Shown here: in pieces, positions 10,107-20,245 of the stretch | Layout: each line of letters opens with the position of its first letter | Position numbering within the stretch: the first letter of the stretch is position 1 | NCBI GenBank assembly: GCA_963748825.1 | Contig: CAVVKN010000025.1 | Location: forward strand, 1 to 64,000 | Reading direction: 5' to 3' | From: Methanotrichaceae archaeon | Lineage (GTDB): Archaea > Halobacteriota > Methanosarcinia > Methanotrichales > Methanotrichaceae | DNA length: 64,000 nucleotides | The notes under the pieces: generated by a model | Databases searched by the model: none | What the model saw: the letters and a program-made list of their open reading frames with translations, nothing else | What the model was told of the DNA's origin: nothing | Translations under genes and position numbers: made by a program

Positions 10107-11630
10107 TTGAGGGTCTTCGTTGATGGCAAAGAGATTGAGCTATTGCCCGGAGCGCAGCTTGTAGATGCCCTGAGCAAAGCCGGCGTCAATCCTGCCGCCG
10201 GTGCAATAGTAGGTGTGGTCAAAGGTCGAGGCGAGAAGAGTCGTCAGACTAACTCTTATTGGCTTAACACCACCAAGGGCAAACTGAGAATTGAGCTTTT
10301 GGAAAATGATTTGCAGAAGATCTGGCACGAAAACGTTGATAAAATCTCTGGATCAACAGTTAGATGGGCCTCGGCTGATAGTATAGCCTTCGGGCCATTT
10401 GCTTCCACCCTCTCTTTTGGACGCGATGCCTTGGAATACAGTCGCTGGGAGGTTGTGATTGGTGCAGCCGGATTTGATGCAAAGAACACTCAGATCATAT
10501 TTGTCCGGAGGAGGCATACGGCAGCCTACGGCACACCCAAGGATGGTGGAGTGGTAGGCCACATTGTGGGCGGCAAAAATACTCTGGATCGGCTGCAAAC
10601 AGGAGACGCTATACAGAGCATCGAGCCTATCGTGGAATGGCAGGACATAACTTCGAAGCTGGCCACAACGGATCTGACTATGCCCATCGAAGATGGAATG
10701 GAGATATTCACTAAAGTAGGGGCAGAGCTGATCGAAGATGCACCAATAGGCGCGGAATTTTTCCTGGCCCTGACTCGAGACGGCTGCTTTAAGGTCGATT
10801 CCGTCTCCAGCTCATATATTTCGTCCGATCAGTTGCTCACAGTGCCTATAGTCTTCGAGCATCGTGAGCCTCGTCTGGAAGGATTGGTGACGGTAAGGAC
10901 TAGCGGACGAGGCTTAGGTAGAATCTTCATCTACAAGCAGGACCGAACCTCGAATCCCGGCCACTCTGCGGTGGCAAGGATAACTTCCGGAATGGACATG
11001 ATAAAGCTGGCCGGTCCCGGCCAGTTGATAACATTCAGTGTGCTGCCGGAGCGCATTATGCTCATGGGCAGCAGCCTCAAAAACGCCCTGGTGCAGATGC
11101 AAGAACGGGGCATCGAGGCAGAGGTGGAAGGATACGAGGGCGAGGATGCCGTAGTTGTGAGGCAAGAGCCGGCAGAGACGATGTCTATTTTGAAGCACAA
11201 AAAGGTGCGCATTTTTTCCATTCCTGCCGCCCGTCTGGTCTCTGTCCAGCTTTATGATGATCTGGCACCCAAGACTCTGGACTACTTCCGGCACGTGACC
11301 GGTCTCAAGGAAAGGCCTGTGGGCCCATTGCCAGTCTACTTTGTCTATGAAAACACTCTACTCTTCAAGCCGGAGATTGATGCCGTCAACTTAAAGCAAC
11401 TGCTACCTGAAAACAAACCTACCGGCCCCGTTCCGGCCGGGTCGATCGCAGTCTCCAACCAGGTTTCCAAGAAGATCGGCCTGGTGGGAATGAAGCTTGT
11501 GGATGATAAGCGCTACGGCCCGTCCGGAGAGAAATTCGAGGCGACGAACGTCATAGGCCGGGTACTTGAGCCTGAGAAGCTAAAAGATGTCTCGGAAGGG
11601 GAGACGATTTACATTAAGGAGGTGCGATGA
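10107..11630 (+). CDS. Methanogenesis marker protein 3
   Basis: Cyclophilin-like duplicated domains, TTKGKLRIEL, YGPSGEKFEATN; directly after atwA. Confidence 0.9.
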   Translation: MRVFVDGKEIELLPGAQLVDALSKAGVNPAAGAIVGVVKGRGEKSRQTNSYWLNTTKGKLRIELLENDLQKIWHENVDKISGSTVRWASADSIAFGPFASTLSFGRDALEYSRWEVVIGAAGFDAKNTQIIFVRRRHTAAYGTPKDGGVVGHIVGGKNTLDRLQTGDAIQSIEPIVEWQDITSKLATTDLTMPIEDGMEIFTKVGAELIEDAPIGAEFFLALTRDGCFKVDSVSSSYISSDQLLTVPIVFEHREPRLEGLVTVRTSGRGLGRIFIYKQDRTSNPGHSAVARITSGMDMIKLAGPGQLITFSVLPERIMLMGSSLKNALVQMQERGIEAEVEGYEGEDAVVVRQEPAETMSILKHKKVRIFSIPAARLVSVQLYDDLAPKTLDYFRHVTGLKERPVGPLPVYFVYENTLLFKPEIDAVNLKQLLPENKPTGPVPAGSIAVSNQVSKKIGLVGMKLVDDKRYGPSGEKFEATNVIGRVLEPEKLKDVSEGETIYIKEVR

Positions 11631-12040
11631 TGTTAGTCACCAAATATGTGATAACATCTTCTGAGTCGAATATCCTTCCCTCTGATATCGCCATGAAGAT
11701 TTACGGTTCGAAATACAAAGTCCTCGTCAAGGAGACCTGCTTTGGAGTCATCATAAATGGCGAAGAAGAAGTTATAGAGGCGCTCATAAAAGAGATAAGG
11801 GCCCTTGACCCAGCCGGCATATTCATCAAAGACCGGGGCTTTCCGCCGGGCGATCCCAGGCGCTGCCGGGGTCGCAGAGGTGGAGGAGCGAGGCCTGGCT
11901 TTTATATGATCGAGTCCGAGTCCAAGATGTTGCCCATGATCTCCAGGGCACTGGCCCAGGAGGGCGATATCCCGGCCATTCCTGAAAAGAAGAAACCTCT
12001 TCCTCTCAAGAGGCTGGAAGAGATATTAAAAGAGGGTTAA
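11627..12040 (+). CDS. Methanogenesis marker protein 6
   Basis: KETCFG, IFIKDRGFPPGDPRRCRGRRGGGARPGF. Confidence 0.9.
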   Translation: MMLVTKYVITSSESNILPSDIAMKIYGSKYKVLVKETCFGVIINGEEEVIEALIKEIRALDPAGIFIKDRGFPPGDPRRCRGRRGGGARPGFYMIESESKMLPMISRALAQEGDIPAIPEKKKPLPLKRLEEILKEG

Positions 12041-12055
12041 CCCTGAGGTAAATCA

Positions 12056-12493
12056 ATGGCAAAAGTTATCGTTTATCCTCCCACCAGCATGATACTCTTC
12101 GACCTTGTGGAGAGGATGGGTCACAAAGCGCTTGTGGTTTCTGAATCGGTGCGTACGCACGTTACAGAAAATAAGATTGATTCGCCGCCTTTGAATATCA
12201 CTCCCGAGGAGCCCAAGAAGGGTCTACGTTATGCGGCTGTGGATGTCCCTTCCGGCGTGCGTGGCCGGATGGCCCTCATTGGGCCCATCATAGAAGAGGC
12301 TGAGGCGGCTATCATAGTAGAAGACCCTGGATGGCTGACGGGCTGTGCGGGCTGCTCAAGAACCAATGAGCTGGTGAGGTTGCTTATCAGGACTAAAGGA
12401 ATTCCCGTGCTGGACTTATCCTATCCCACAAACGACGCCGAAGCTAAGGTCTTTGTGCATAATATCAGAAACTTTTTGGAGGGCTTAAAGTGA
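12056..12493 (+). CDS. Methanogenesis marker protein 5
   Basis: [35 protein letters not shown]. Confidence 0.9.
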   Translation: MAKVIVYPPTSMILFDLVERMGHKALVVSESVRTHVTENKIDSPPLNITPEEPKKGLRYAAVDVPSGVRGRMALIGPIIEEAEAAIIVEDPGWLTGCAGCSRTNELVRLLIRTKGIPVLDLSYPTNDAEAKVFVHNIRNFLEGLK

Positions 12494-13716
12494 TTCGCAT
12501 TGCCCAGCTCTCCTGCGGTTCGGAGTATAGCGGCATTCAAAAAGAGATTGAGCGCGCTGCCGAAACAGTAGGAGCAAAGATCGTCTATCCTGAGGTATCT
12601 TTGGAGGATATCCTCAACGTAGAGAAAACATTTGGCGTTTCCGTAGCCTCGGGCGACCTCAACTTAGCCATTGCCCGTGCGGTTCGCATCGTGCAGAATC
12701 CGGACCTCGCCGATGCTGTAATTGTCATGACCTGCTTTCGCTGCGCCGAGGCTGCCATCATCCGATCGGAGATCAGAAAATACATTCATGAGCACTCCAA
12801 GATTCCTGTCTTGAGCTACTCCTTCACGGAGAGGACGACGGCAGAGACACTCCTCACCAGGATGGAAGCGCTGGTTACTACCGTCAAGTACCGGGGCCTC
12901 CTGGCTCGCGAGAAGCAGAAGGGTCTTACTGCCGGAATCGACTCCGGGTCCACGACTACCAAATCGGTGGTGATGAGGGATAATGTTGTGATAGGCACCG
13001 GCTGGGTTCCCACGACCGAGGTCTTGAAGAGCGCGGAGGATGCTCTGCAGGCTGCCCTCAAGATGGCTGGCGTACAGAAGGAGGAGGTTTCTGCGATAGG
13101 CGTGACCGGATACGGCCGTTTTCTGGTGGGAAAGCACATCAATGCCAGGCTGATCCAGGAAGAAATCACAGTCAACTCCAAAGGTGCCGTATTTTTGGCT
13201 GATGCCCAGAAGGGGCCGGCAACAGTTATCGATATCGGCGGCATGGACAACAAAGCCATATCAGTGCAGGACGGTATTCCGGGCGGCTTTACCATGGGCG
13301 GAATATGTGCAGGGGCCTCGGGAAGGTTCCTGGAGCTCACAGCCCGCAGGCTCGGCGTCGATATCACAGAGCTGGGAAAGCTGGCACTTAAGGGGGACTT
13401 TCGGAATGTAGCCATGAACAGCTACTGCATAGTATTTGGCACGCAAAGCCTGGTCAACAGCTTATCCATGGGCTGCAAACCTGAGGATGTCGCCATGGCT
13501 GCATGCCATTCTGTGGCCGAGCAGGTCTACGAGCAGCAACTGCAAGAGGTGGAGGTTAAGGAGCCCGTGATCATGGTGGGCGGAACCTCTCTTATCGAAG
13601 GACTGCCCAAAGCCATGGAAGAGCTTCTTCAGGTTAAAGTGACGGTTCCCAAGTATGCTCAGTACATTGGGGCGGTAGGTAGCGCGCTACTCGTGTCGGG
13701 GTTGCTGGAGGACTGA
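12490..13716 (+). CDS. Methanogenesis marker protein 15 (BcrAD/BadFG-type ATPase)
   Basis: [41 protein letters not shown]. Confidence 0.92.
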   Translation: MIRIAQLSCGSEYSGIQKEIERAAETVGAKIVYPEVSLEDILNVEKTFGVSVASGDLNLAIARAVRIVQNPDLADAVIVMTCFRCAEAAIIRSEIRKYIHEHSKIPVLSYSFTERTTAETLLTRMEALVTTVKYRGLLAREKQKGLTAGIDSGSTTTKSVVMRDNVVIGTGWVPTTEVLKSAEDALQAALKMAGVQKEEVSAIGVTGYGRFLVGKHINARLIQEEITVNSKGAVFLADAQKGPATVIDIGGMDNKAISVQDGIPGGFTMGGICAGASGRFLELTARRLGVDITELGKLALKGDFRNVAMNSYCIVFGTQSLVNSLSMGCKPEDVAMAACHSVAEQVYEQQLQEVEVKEPVIMVGGTSLIEGLPKAMEELLQVKVTVPKYAQYIGAVGSALLVSGLLED

Positions 13717-13717
13717 G

Positions 13718-14290
13718 ATGGACCCCATGGAGGTCTTCAGGATTGAGGTCACCGGCCAGGAAGAGTACGCGGCTAAGAAATACCGCGAAATCATCATGGA
13801 CATTTTGCAGGACCTGGGCCTCATCCGGACCATCGGCCGCCTGTATGTTTACGTGGACATACAAAAGCCGTACTTTGCGATGTACGGGCTTCTTCGCTCC
13901 GGAATTCCGCCACTCACAGTAAAGGACGTGGGCGATGTGCTCAAAGTGCAGGGTGGTTATCAGATCAAGATCAATGACGAGGAGCATATGGCGAATCTAC
14001 TCCGGGTGCTATGGGAGCGCTATGGAAGAGAGAGGGTAGAGCAACCGTCAAGGGACATTGTGATCATAGCCTCGGATACATCGCCTTCCGAGCTAATGGT
14101 GGCGGACCTGGAAGCGGAGTTCCTGCAGGACCTGACCGATGCCCTGATTAGAATAGTACCGGAGGGCTTTCGCAATCGGCGCAACATAATGACTAAAGAC
14201 AGCTTTTTTTTCATCGCCGCTGAGGAGAGCTTGACGCCTGAAATTTTATCTGAGATCGAAGGAAAGATCCGGGAGATGGAGAATGCTTGA
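13718..14290 (+). CDS. Methanogenesis marker protein 17
   Basis: Position between markers 15 and 7; YGRERVEQPSR, PEGFR motifs. Confidence 0.85.
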   Translation: MDPMEVFRIEVTGQEEYAAKKYREIIMDILQDLGLIRTIGRLYVYVDIQKPYFAMYGLLRSGIPPLTVKDVGDVLKVQGGYQIKINDEEHMANLLRVLWERYGRERVEQPSRDIVIIASDTSPSELMVADLEAEFLQDLTDALIRIVPEGFRNRRNIMTKDSFFFIAAEESLTPEILSEIEGKIREMENA

Positions 14291-15206
14291 GCCTGTGATG
14301 TTCACGGGAGGCTTGTACAAGCACGACCTGGTCGTGGAGCTGGTAGAAGATCTGGGCGGCTATGTCCTGCAAAAGAATGTCACCCAAACAGAGATCATCC
14401 TTTTGATACTGGTTCCCAGCGAAGATATGGCAGCGCTGCAGGCACTGGCCAAGGAGCTGAGAAGTGAATTGGTGCGCGCGCCGCTGGCCGGAACGGAGGT
14501 GGCGGTAGTAACACCGACGTTGGCCATTCACCATCTGCCACATGTCGCCTGCGATATAGCCGAGTACCTGCGCCGCCATGGTTCAAAGACCAACATGCTG
14601 GGACTGGCCAGGGGCGTCGGTCGCGAAATCGCCCAGATCGATGAGTACGAGACCGCCCTGATAAACGAGCATGATGCCGCCGTATTCATCTTTGGCAACT
14701 TCCAGGATTGCATCAAGAAGAAGGAGAGCTTATACCGAAACATCACCGTGCCGGTGGTGGTCACGGGCGGGCCGCAGATCGAGGCCAAAGAACTTCCCTA
14801 TGCCTTTGACTATGTTCCGGCCATCGGGCGGATGGCTCACCGGTCCAGAAAGGCAACGGAGATTGGATCTTTAGACCGGATCGTCGACGCGGTAGGCAGA
14901 GCTCTGGATAAGACAAGATCCGCCATTGCCAAGGACCCGCTCACCACTTCACCACCCCGCGTCATGGATGCCGTACGTGAGCAGGTGCCGGATGTGGAGT
15001 TCTCCTATTCGCCGCTTCCCATAGCCCTCAATCTGACAGGCGTGCGGGTGAAGCTGCCCTACAATGATTACAAAGATGCAGTAAAAGCTGTAACCTTCGA
15101 CGAAGGTGTGAAGCTTGGCGAGATTGCCACCATCAAGCCGTCGCGCATGAAAGACTATATACTGGTGAGGATATTGTCCGCTTCTGAGACCGGGTTCGTC
15201 TTCTAA
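14283..15206 (+). CDS. Methanogenesis marker protein 7
   Basis: FTGGLYKHD, APLAGTEVAVV, HHLPHVACDIAEYLRR, GLARGVG. Confidence 0.92.
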   Translation: MLEPVMFTGGLYKHDLVVELVEDLGGYVLQKNVTQTEIILLILVPSEDMAALQALAKELRSELVRAPLAGTEVAVVTPTLAIHHLPHVACDIAEYLRRHGSKTNMLGLARGVGREIAQIDEYETALINEHDAAVFIFGNFQDCIKKKESLYRNITVPVVVTGGPQIEAKELPYAFDYVPAIGRMAHRSRKATEIGSLDRIVDAVGRALDKTRSAIAKDPLTTSPPRVMDAVREQVPDVEFSYSPLPIALNLTGVRVKLPYNDYKDAVKAVTFDEGVKLGEIATIKPSRMKDYILVRILSASETGFVF

Positions 15207-15232
15207 GACCAGGGACCCGGAGAGGAGAGGTC

Positions 15233-15685
15233 ATGAGCTTCGAGGATGATCTGGACGCCATTTTGGTCAAGGGGAAGGAGAAAGCAGCCGAAGATATCTT
15301 AAAAGCAGTGGAGAGCACTTACGGCGAGGTACCCTATGTTTTTCAGTTCATGCAGGACAATCCCGAGATTCTTATAACCAAGGTGTTGCACAACAATGCC
15401 ATCCAAAGAAGCTCAACCCTGGATGCCAGGACCACCGAACTGATCTCGGTTGCCGTGTCGGCTGCCATGAGATGCAGCCACTGCCTGAAATTGCACATTC
15501 GCATCGCCTCCAATTTGGGCATTCCGGACGACGAGATTGCAGCCGCGGTATTTCTGGCAGGAAACCTGGCCTCTGCCAGTGTGCTGGCTACAGCCACCCG
15601 CCATCTGGATAATGAGCGAGAGGTCTGCCGGGTCTGCGAGATCGGAAGCGGTGCCTGCGAGATACATGGAGAGAAGAAGGATTGA
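15233..15685 (+). CDS. Carboxymuconolactone decarboxylase/AhpD-family protein
   Basis: ELISVAVSAAMRCSHCLKLH motif; extra Cys-rich tail. Confidence 0.85.
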   Translation: MSFEDDLDAILVKGKEKAAEDILKAVESTYGEVPYVFQFMQDNPEILITKVLHNNAIQRSSTLDARTTELISVAVSAAMRCSHCLKLHIRIASNLGIPDDEIAAAVFLAGNLASASVLATATRHLDNEREVCRVCEIGSGACEIHGEKKD

Positions 15686-15751
15686 GTCTATCTGCAATTG
15701 GTATTGCTTGCTATTTTTATTCTTACTCTCCTTTACGGTTTCCGGCATAAT

Positions 15752-16045
15752 ATGTCTCCTGAAAAGAAAAACGAGCCCGATTGGTGGGAGGCGGCGGAGG
15801 AGCACCGCTTCGCCCTGCAGGTTTTGCAGCTACGGCTGCGGCGAAAGATTCTCAGCTTCATTGCCGACGGCGTGAGGAGCAATGAGCAGATCGCAAAGGA
15901 GCAAGAGCTTGCTGCTTCTCCTGCCGAGTATCACTTTCACATGCTGGAAAAAGCCCTGGTTATCGAGCAGACGGAAGGCGGCTGGAGAGCCACGCCAACG
16001 GGAATTCTCTACCTGGAGAGAGTGGAGTCGAGACACCGATTATGA
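15752..16045 (+). CDS. ArsR-like winged-helix protein
   Basis: LRRKIL...YHFHMLEKALVIE...WRATPTG; probable ATG at 15752 inside ORF 15698. Confidence 0.7.
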   Translation: MSPEKKNEPDWWEAAEEHRFALQVLQLRLRRKILSFIADGVRSNEQIAKEQELAASPAEYHFHMLEKALVIEQTEGGWRATPTGILYLERVESRHRL

Positions 16046-16525
16046 TTATTCGCATCATCGCCGTAGGGCGCCTCCGGGAAAAATACTGGCAGGATGCGGC
16101 CACAGATTTCGCTCGCCGCCTTCGTCCCTATGTCCGCCTGGAGATAGTAGAGGTGTCCGAGGCGCATATTAAAGAGGCAGCTTCTCTGGCCGAGGAGAAG
16201 AAAGCCATGCAGGAGGAGGCGCAGGCCATTCTCGATAAGCTGAAGCGGCATAGCGGCCCGGTGATAGCGCTGGACAGAAAGGGAAAAGCCCTCGACTCGC
16301 CCGAGCTAGCATCCAGGGCTGCACAAGATAATCCTGGAGGGAAAGACCGAGACCGCCTTTGTGATCGGCGGTCCCCTCGGCCTCGCGCCGGAGGTTACGC
16401 AGAAGGCGGACCTTCTTCTCTCCTTTTCCAAAATGACCTTCCCCCATCAGATGATGAGAATAATTCTTCTGGAGCAGATCTATAGAAGCTTTCGGATAAT
16501 GCGTGGTGAGCCATATCACAAATAA
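16042..16525 (+). pseudogene. rlmH: 23S rRNA pseudouridine-1915 N3-methyltransferase with +1 frameshift at ~16317 (possible assembly error)
   Basis: IRIIAVGRLREKY N-terminus; after removing one G from AGGG it reads FVIGGPLG...[22 protein letters not shown]...GEPYHK-stop. Confidence 0.9.
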
Positions 16526-16548
16526 TATTCAAATAAAAAATTGAATGC

Positions 16549-17133
16549 TCAGGAACGGGATCGGCTGGCTGTTGCGTTTCCGTTTTCCTCCAGCTTCTCC
16601 ATATCATAAAGCTCGTAGCTGCCTTCCAGCTCGCTCTTGACAAGAGCCATATCCAGCCTGTAATCCTTCTTCTGCTGTATCAATTTTACATCCAGGCTTA
16701 TGCCCTCATCGGATATGGAGCCAGTGGCTGTGGCTGGACTATCAGAACCTCTTTCAAGAAGGGTGCCGTAGCCTTGCAACCGATCGCCGGTCTGGATCAA
16801 TATCAAATCAATTATATTCTGCTCTGCCGGATTCTTTTCCAGCATAACCCTCCATTTTCCTGCCAGGTCAATGGTGGGGGCCTTTTTCTCGACGATGACA
16901 GTGTTGGTTGCCGCTTTTTCGCCATTCTCTACCGTCTCATTCTTCGCTTTCACCGTGCCGTCCGTATTTACAGTGTCACTGCTCCCGGTGGAGGACGCCA
17001 CTGCATCGTCGAACATCGGATCTATAAGAAAATCGGTATTATCTCGAATTACCCATTTCCCGCAGCCTGCAAAGGCCGGATAGGTGAGCATAGCTAAGAT
17101 CAATACCATGCATACAATCAACTGGCTCCTCAA
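16549..17133 (-). CDS. Secreted hypothetical protein, paralog of 17232-18461 and 46015-46698
   Basis: Signal peptide; shared domain GKW...LIQ.G..L.G.GTL...ATATGSI...GNATASR. Confidence 0.75.
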   Translation of the reverse strand: MRSQLIVCMVLILAMLTYPAFAGCGKWVIRDNTDFLIDPMFDDAVASSTGSSDTVNTDGTVKAKNETVENGEKAATNTVIVEKKAPTIDLAGKWRVMLEKNPAEQNIIDLILIQTGDRLQGYGTLLERGSDSPATATGSISDEGISLDVKLIQQKKDYRLDMALVKSELEGSYELYDMEKLEENGNATASRSRS

Positions 17134-17231
17134 TTATGATCCTCCGTTGGTGAGATTAAATTCATTCTGGTTTTTATCATGTTTTACTCGCGTAAAAATT
17201 TGTTCTGGTAAAGGAGGCAAGCTGTTCTCCC

Positions 17232-18461
17232 TTAAGAGGCAAATCTGCTGGCTGTGGCATTTCCTTTGCCTATCAGATCTTCGCCCGAGTACATTTTATA
17301 GCTTCCAGAGATGACTCGGTCCACCTTGACCAGTTCGAGCTCGATGTGCTTGTCGATCTTGTTCCCGTATTCACTAATTATGGTCCATGCCTCAAGACTC
17401 ATACTATTCTTGGAAACAGAACCTCTGGCGCTGACCTGAAGCTTCGTGTTCTGCTCATTGAGAGTCCCCATGCCCATAATGCTCCCACCGGTCTGAATGA
17501 TCGTGAGAGGGTTCAGGTTAGCGCCCCCATTATCCAGCTTTATTGTCCACTTGCCCTCCGCTTCCATAAACTCGGGCTCCGGGGGCACGACCTCTACAGG
17601 CATAGCCGTGGCTGTTTCTACTACCGCCTGTGTGGCGGCCTGTGAAGTGGCCTGAGGCAGGGACGTAGGTTTTGTATCGGGCATTTGCATATTGGGACCG
17701 GAGATTGTTGGGGGGGCGCGCGACCTCTCGTCGGGCGCAACTCTCGGCCTGTCCGAAATGGGGTCGGACGTTTTTGATCCCGGATGAGCATCTACAGCGG
17801 AGGATGCTGTATCGGAGACGGAGGTTGATGCGGTATTGGATGTTGTATTAGAGGCAACTGCAATTCCGGCTAATGGAGTAACATCAACTGCTGTTGCATC
17901 ACCATTTTGAGAATTTGCGGCAATAACGTAGCTTTGCACTTTGCTGTCCTCAAATCCAGCAGATCCGGCACGCATTACCTGGACTTCAATCTGGTTTTCC
18001 CCTGCATCTGCGTCTGTAGTATTCCAGGTCCAAGAGCTTTGGGCTATCCAGCCCGTCTCATCCGTAAGCTGTCCATTTGTCGCGGGTCCCATAAGCCAAA
18101 AATTGTAGAGCATTTTTTCATTATTGGGATTGGACGCTTCTACCTTCCAGACTATGGCAGTTCCCGGGCTTTGGGGACTAAGCTTGTCCGGATTTATGCT
18201 CTGGATCGTGGCTTTTTGGTCGGCCTTGGCGACGGCTCCTAGAGTTACAACGGCCTTTGCCGGAGCGGATTGCGCAGTCGAAGATTCGCCCGACACGCCC
18301 TGATTTTGGTTCTTGCTCACATAAAAGTCAGTATCCCCAGATGTGTCGCCCAGAGGGTTTGTGCCGCATCCTTCCCCAAAAGCCGTAGAGCTGAGCAAAA
18401 AAGGCAACGCTGCCAGGCAAAAGAGCACAGCTATGGAAAGAGACAATGTTTTGCGCTTCAT
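17232..18461 (-). CDS. Secreted multidomain protein (Ig-like domain, S/T/P/A linker, shared C-terminal beta domain)
   Basis: Signal peptide, 409 aa ORF, C-terminus similar to neighbouring gene. Confidence 0.75.
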   Translation of the reverse strand: MKRKTLSLSIAVLFCLAALPFLLSSTAFGEGCGTNPLGDTSGDTDFYVSKNQNQGVSGESSTAQSAPAKAVVTLGAVAKADQKATIQSINPDKLSPQSPGTAIVWKVEASNPNNEKMLYNFWLMGPATNGQLTDETGWIAQSSWTWNTTDADAGENQIEVQVMRAGSAGFEDSKVQSYVIAANSQNGDATAVDVTPLAGIAVASNTTSNTASTSVSDTASSAVDAHPGSKTSDPISDRPRVAPDERSRAPPTISGPNMQMPDTKPTSLPQATSQAATQAVVETATAMPVEVVPPEPEFMEAEGKWTIKLDNGGANLNPLTIIQTGGSIMGMGTLNEQNTKLQVSARGSVSKNSMSLEAWTIISEYGNKIDKHIELELVKVDRVISGSYKMYSGEDLIGKGNATASRFAS

Positions 18462-18721
18462 CTATACTAAACCTCCACCATTCTCAAAGTGCATCTGATT
18501 GCAACGGTTTAAAGCTTCCCCTTGGAACGTCATTCAACGAAATATCTCCTCTCGTAAGGTTGTTCGCCCTATTTGGGGAGCGGATCTTTTCCATTTTGCA
18601 ATTTTGGGTTTTTCAAGAAGCATAATTGAATGCATCCCTGCCTCTCCCTCGTTAGCTTTATCAATCATTAAAGATCTCGGTGTTAGAACAGCCCGAGGGG
18701 CTAAAGGGTGATTGAGCATGA

Positions 18722-20245
18722 ATGCGTGGGATCGCTTTATTTGGTAAAATACGTTTTCTAGACACTACCTTACGTGACGGTGAACAGACGCCAGGTGTAT
18801 CACTCGGCATGGATGAGAAGCTCGCCATTGCCCAGGGGCTTGATTCTCTGGGTGTGGATGTGATTGAAGCCGGCTCGGCCATGACCTCAGAGGGAGAACG
18901 CCTATCGATAAAAGCAGTTGCTGATTTTGGCCTCAAAGCGGAGATATGCAGCTACGTTCGAGCTTTGACCGCAGATATTGATACGGCATTAGCTTGCGAT
19001 GTAGATTCCGTCCATCTTGTGGTACCGGTATCGGATCTTCACATCGAGTGCAAGCTCAAATCCGACCGAAAATCGGTGATAAATAAGGCCGTGCAGGTGA
19101 CTGAGTATGCCAAAGATCACGGCCTCATTGTGGAGCTCTCCGGTGAGGATGCCAGCCGTGCCGATCAGGATTATCTGGTCAGCCTTTACATGGCAGGAAT
19201 TGAGGCAGGAGCCGATAGGCTGGCTTTCTGTGATACAGTAGGCGTGCTGGTTCCCGAGGTTACGGGGGATATATTTTCCCGGCTGTCTCAATTGGGCGTG
19301 CCGATCAGCGTCCACTGCCACAACGACTTTGGCATGGCTACCGCCAACACCATAGCGGCTCTTCGCGCAGGAGCGGCCCAGGCGCACGTGACAGTGAACG
19401 GCATAGGCGAGCGAGCCGGTAATGCCAGCCTGGAAGAGGTGGTCATGACCCTGGAATCCCTTTATAAAATCAACACCGGGGTCAAATGCCAGGATATATA
19501 CCAGCTCTCGCGCCTGGTCTCGCGAATGACCGGCCTTCCTATGGCCCCCAACAAGGCCATCGTAGGAGAGAATGCTTTTACCCATGAGGCGGGCATTCAT
19601 GTGCACGGGCTCTTGGCTGATACCAGGACCTACGAGCCGATACATCCGGAGACCGTGGGCAGGAAGAGGCGCATAGTGCTCGGCAAGCATGCCGGTCGGG
19701 CCTCAGTCGAACTGGCCTTGCGCGAGTTCGGACTCCTGGCTTCTGAGCAACAGCTAGCTCAGATAGTGGTCAGGGTAAAAGAGCTGGGCGACAAAGGCAA
19801 GCGCGTCTCTGATGCGGATTTGCAGACCATAGCCGACACCGTGCTCTCCATCCAGATGGAGCCAAAGGTGAAGCTGCAAGAGGTGACAGTGGTGGCCGGC
19901 AATACGGTGACTCCTACGGCCTCGGTGAAGATACTGCTTAACGGGGCTATGAAGCTGGAAGCGGGAACCGGAGTCGGGCCGGTGGATGCGGCCATAAATG
20001 CCATAAGACGGGCCATATCAGACGTGGCGGATGTGCGGCTAGAGGAGTATCATGTAGACGCCATAACAGGCGGAACGAATGCACTAGTAGAAGTATGGGT
20101 GACGATGGCAATGGCAGACAGGAAGATAACGGCTCGAGGAGCTGGCGCGGATATAATCATGGCATCGGTCGAAGCGGTGCTGGAGGGCATCAACCGGCTG
20201 ATGCGGCTGGAAGAGGAGGACAAAGCCAGATGTCTCAAAAGATGA
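18722..20245 (+). CDS. cimA: (R)-citramalate synthase (LeuA/CimA family)
   Basis: [28 protein letters not shown]; upstream of ilv genes. LeuA not fully excluded. Confidence 0.8.
   Translation: MRGIALFGKIRFLDTTLRDGEQTPGVSLGMDEKLAIAQGLDSLGVDVIEAGSAMTSEGERLSIKAVADFGLKAEICSYVRALTADIDTALACDVDSVHLVVPVSDLHIECKLKSDRKSVINKAVQVTEYAKDHGLIVELSGEDASRADQDYLVSLYMAGIEAGADRLAFCDTVGVLVPEVTGDIFSRLSQLGVPISVHCHNDFGMATANTIAALRAGAAQAHVTVNGIGERAGNASLEEVVMTLESLYKINTGVKCQDIYQLSRLVSRMTGLPMAPNKAIVGENAFTHEAGIHVHGLLADTRTYEPIHPETVGRKRRIVLGKHAGRASVELALREFGLLASEQQLAQIVVRVKELGDKGKRVSDADLQTIADTVLSIQMEPKVKLQEVTVVAGNTVTPTASVKILLNGAMKLEAGTGVGPVDAAINAIRRAISDVADVRLEEYHVDAITGGTNALVEVWVTMAMADRKITARGAGADIIMASVEAVLEGINRLMRLEEEDKARCLKR

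Noticed and set aside
20095-20229. N-terminal extension of ilvB
   Set aside because: Overlaps cimA; typical IlvB start at ATG 20230
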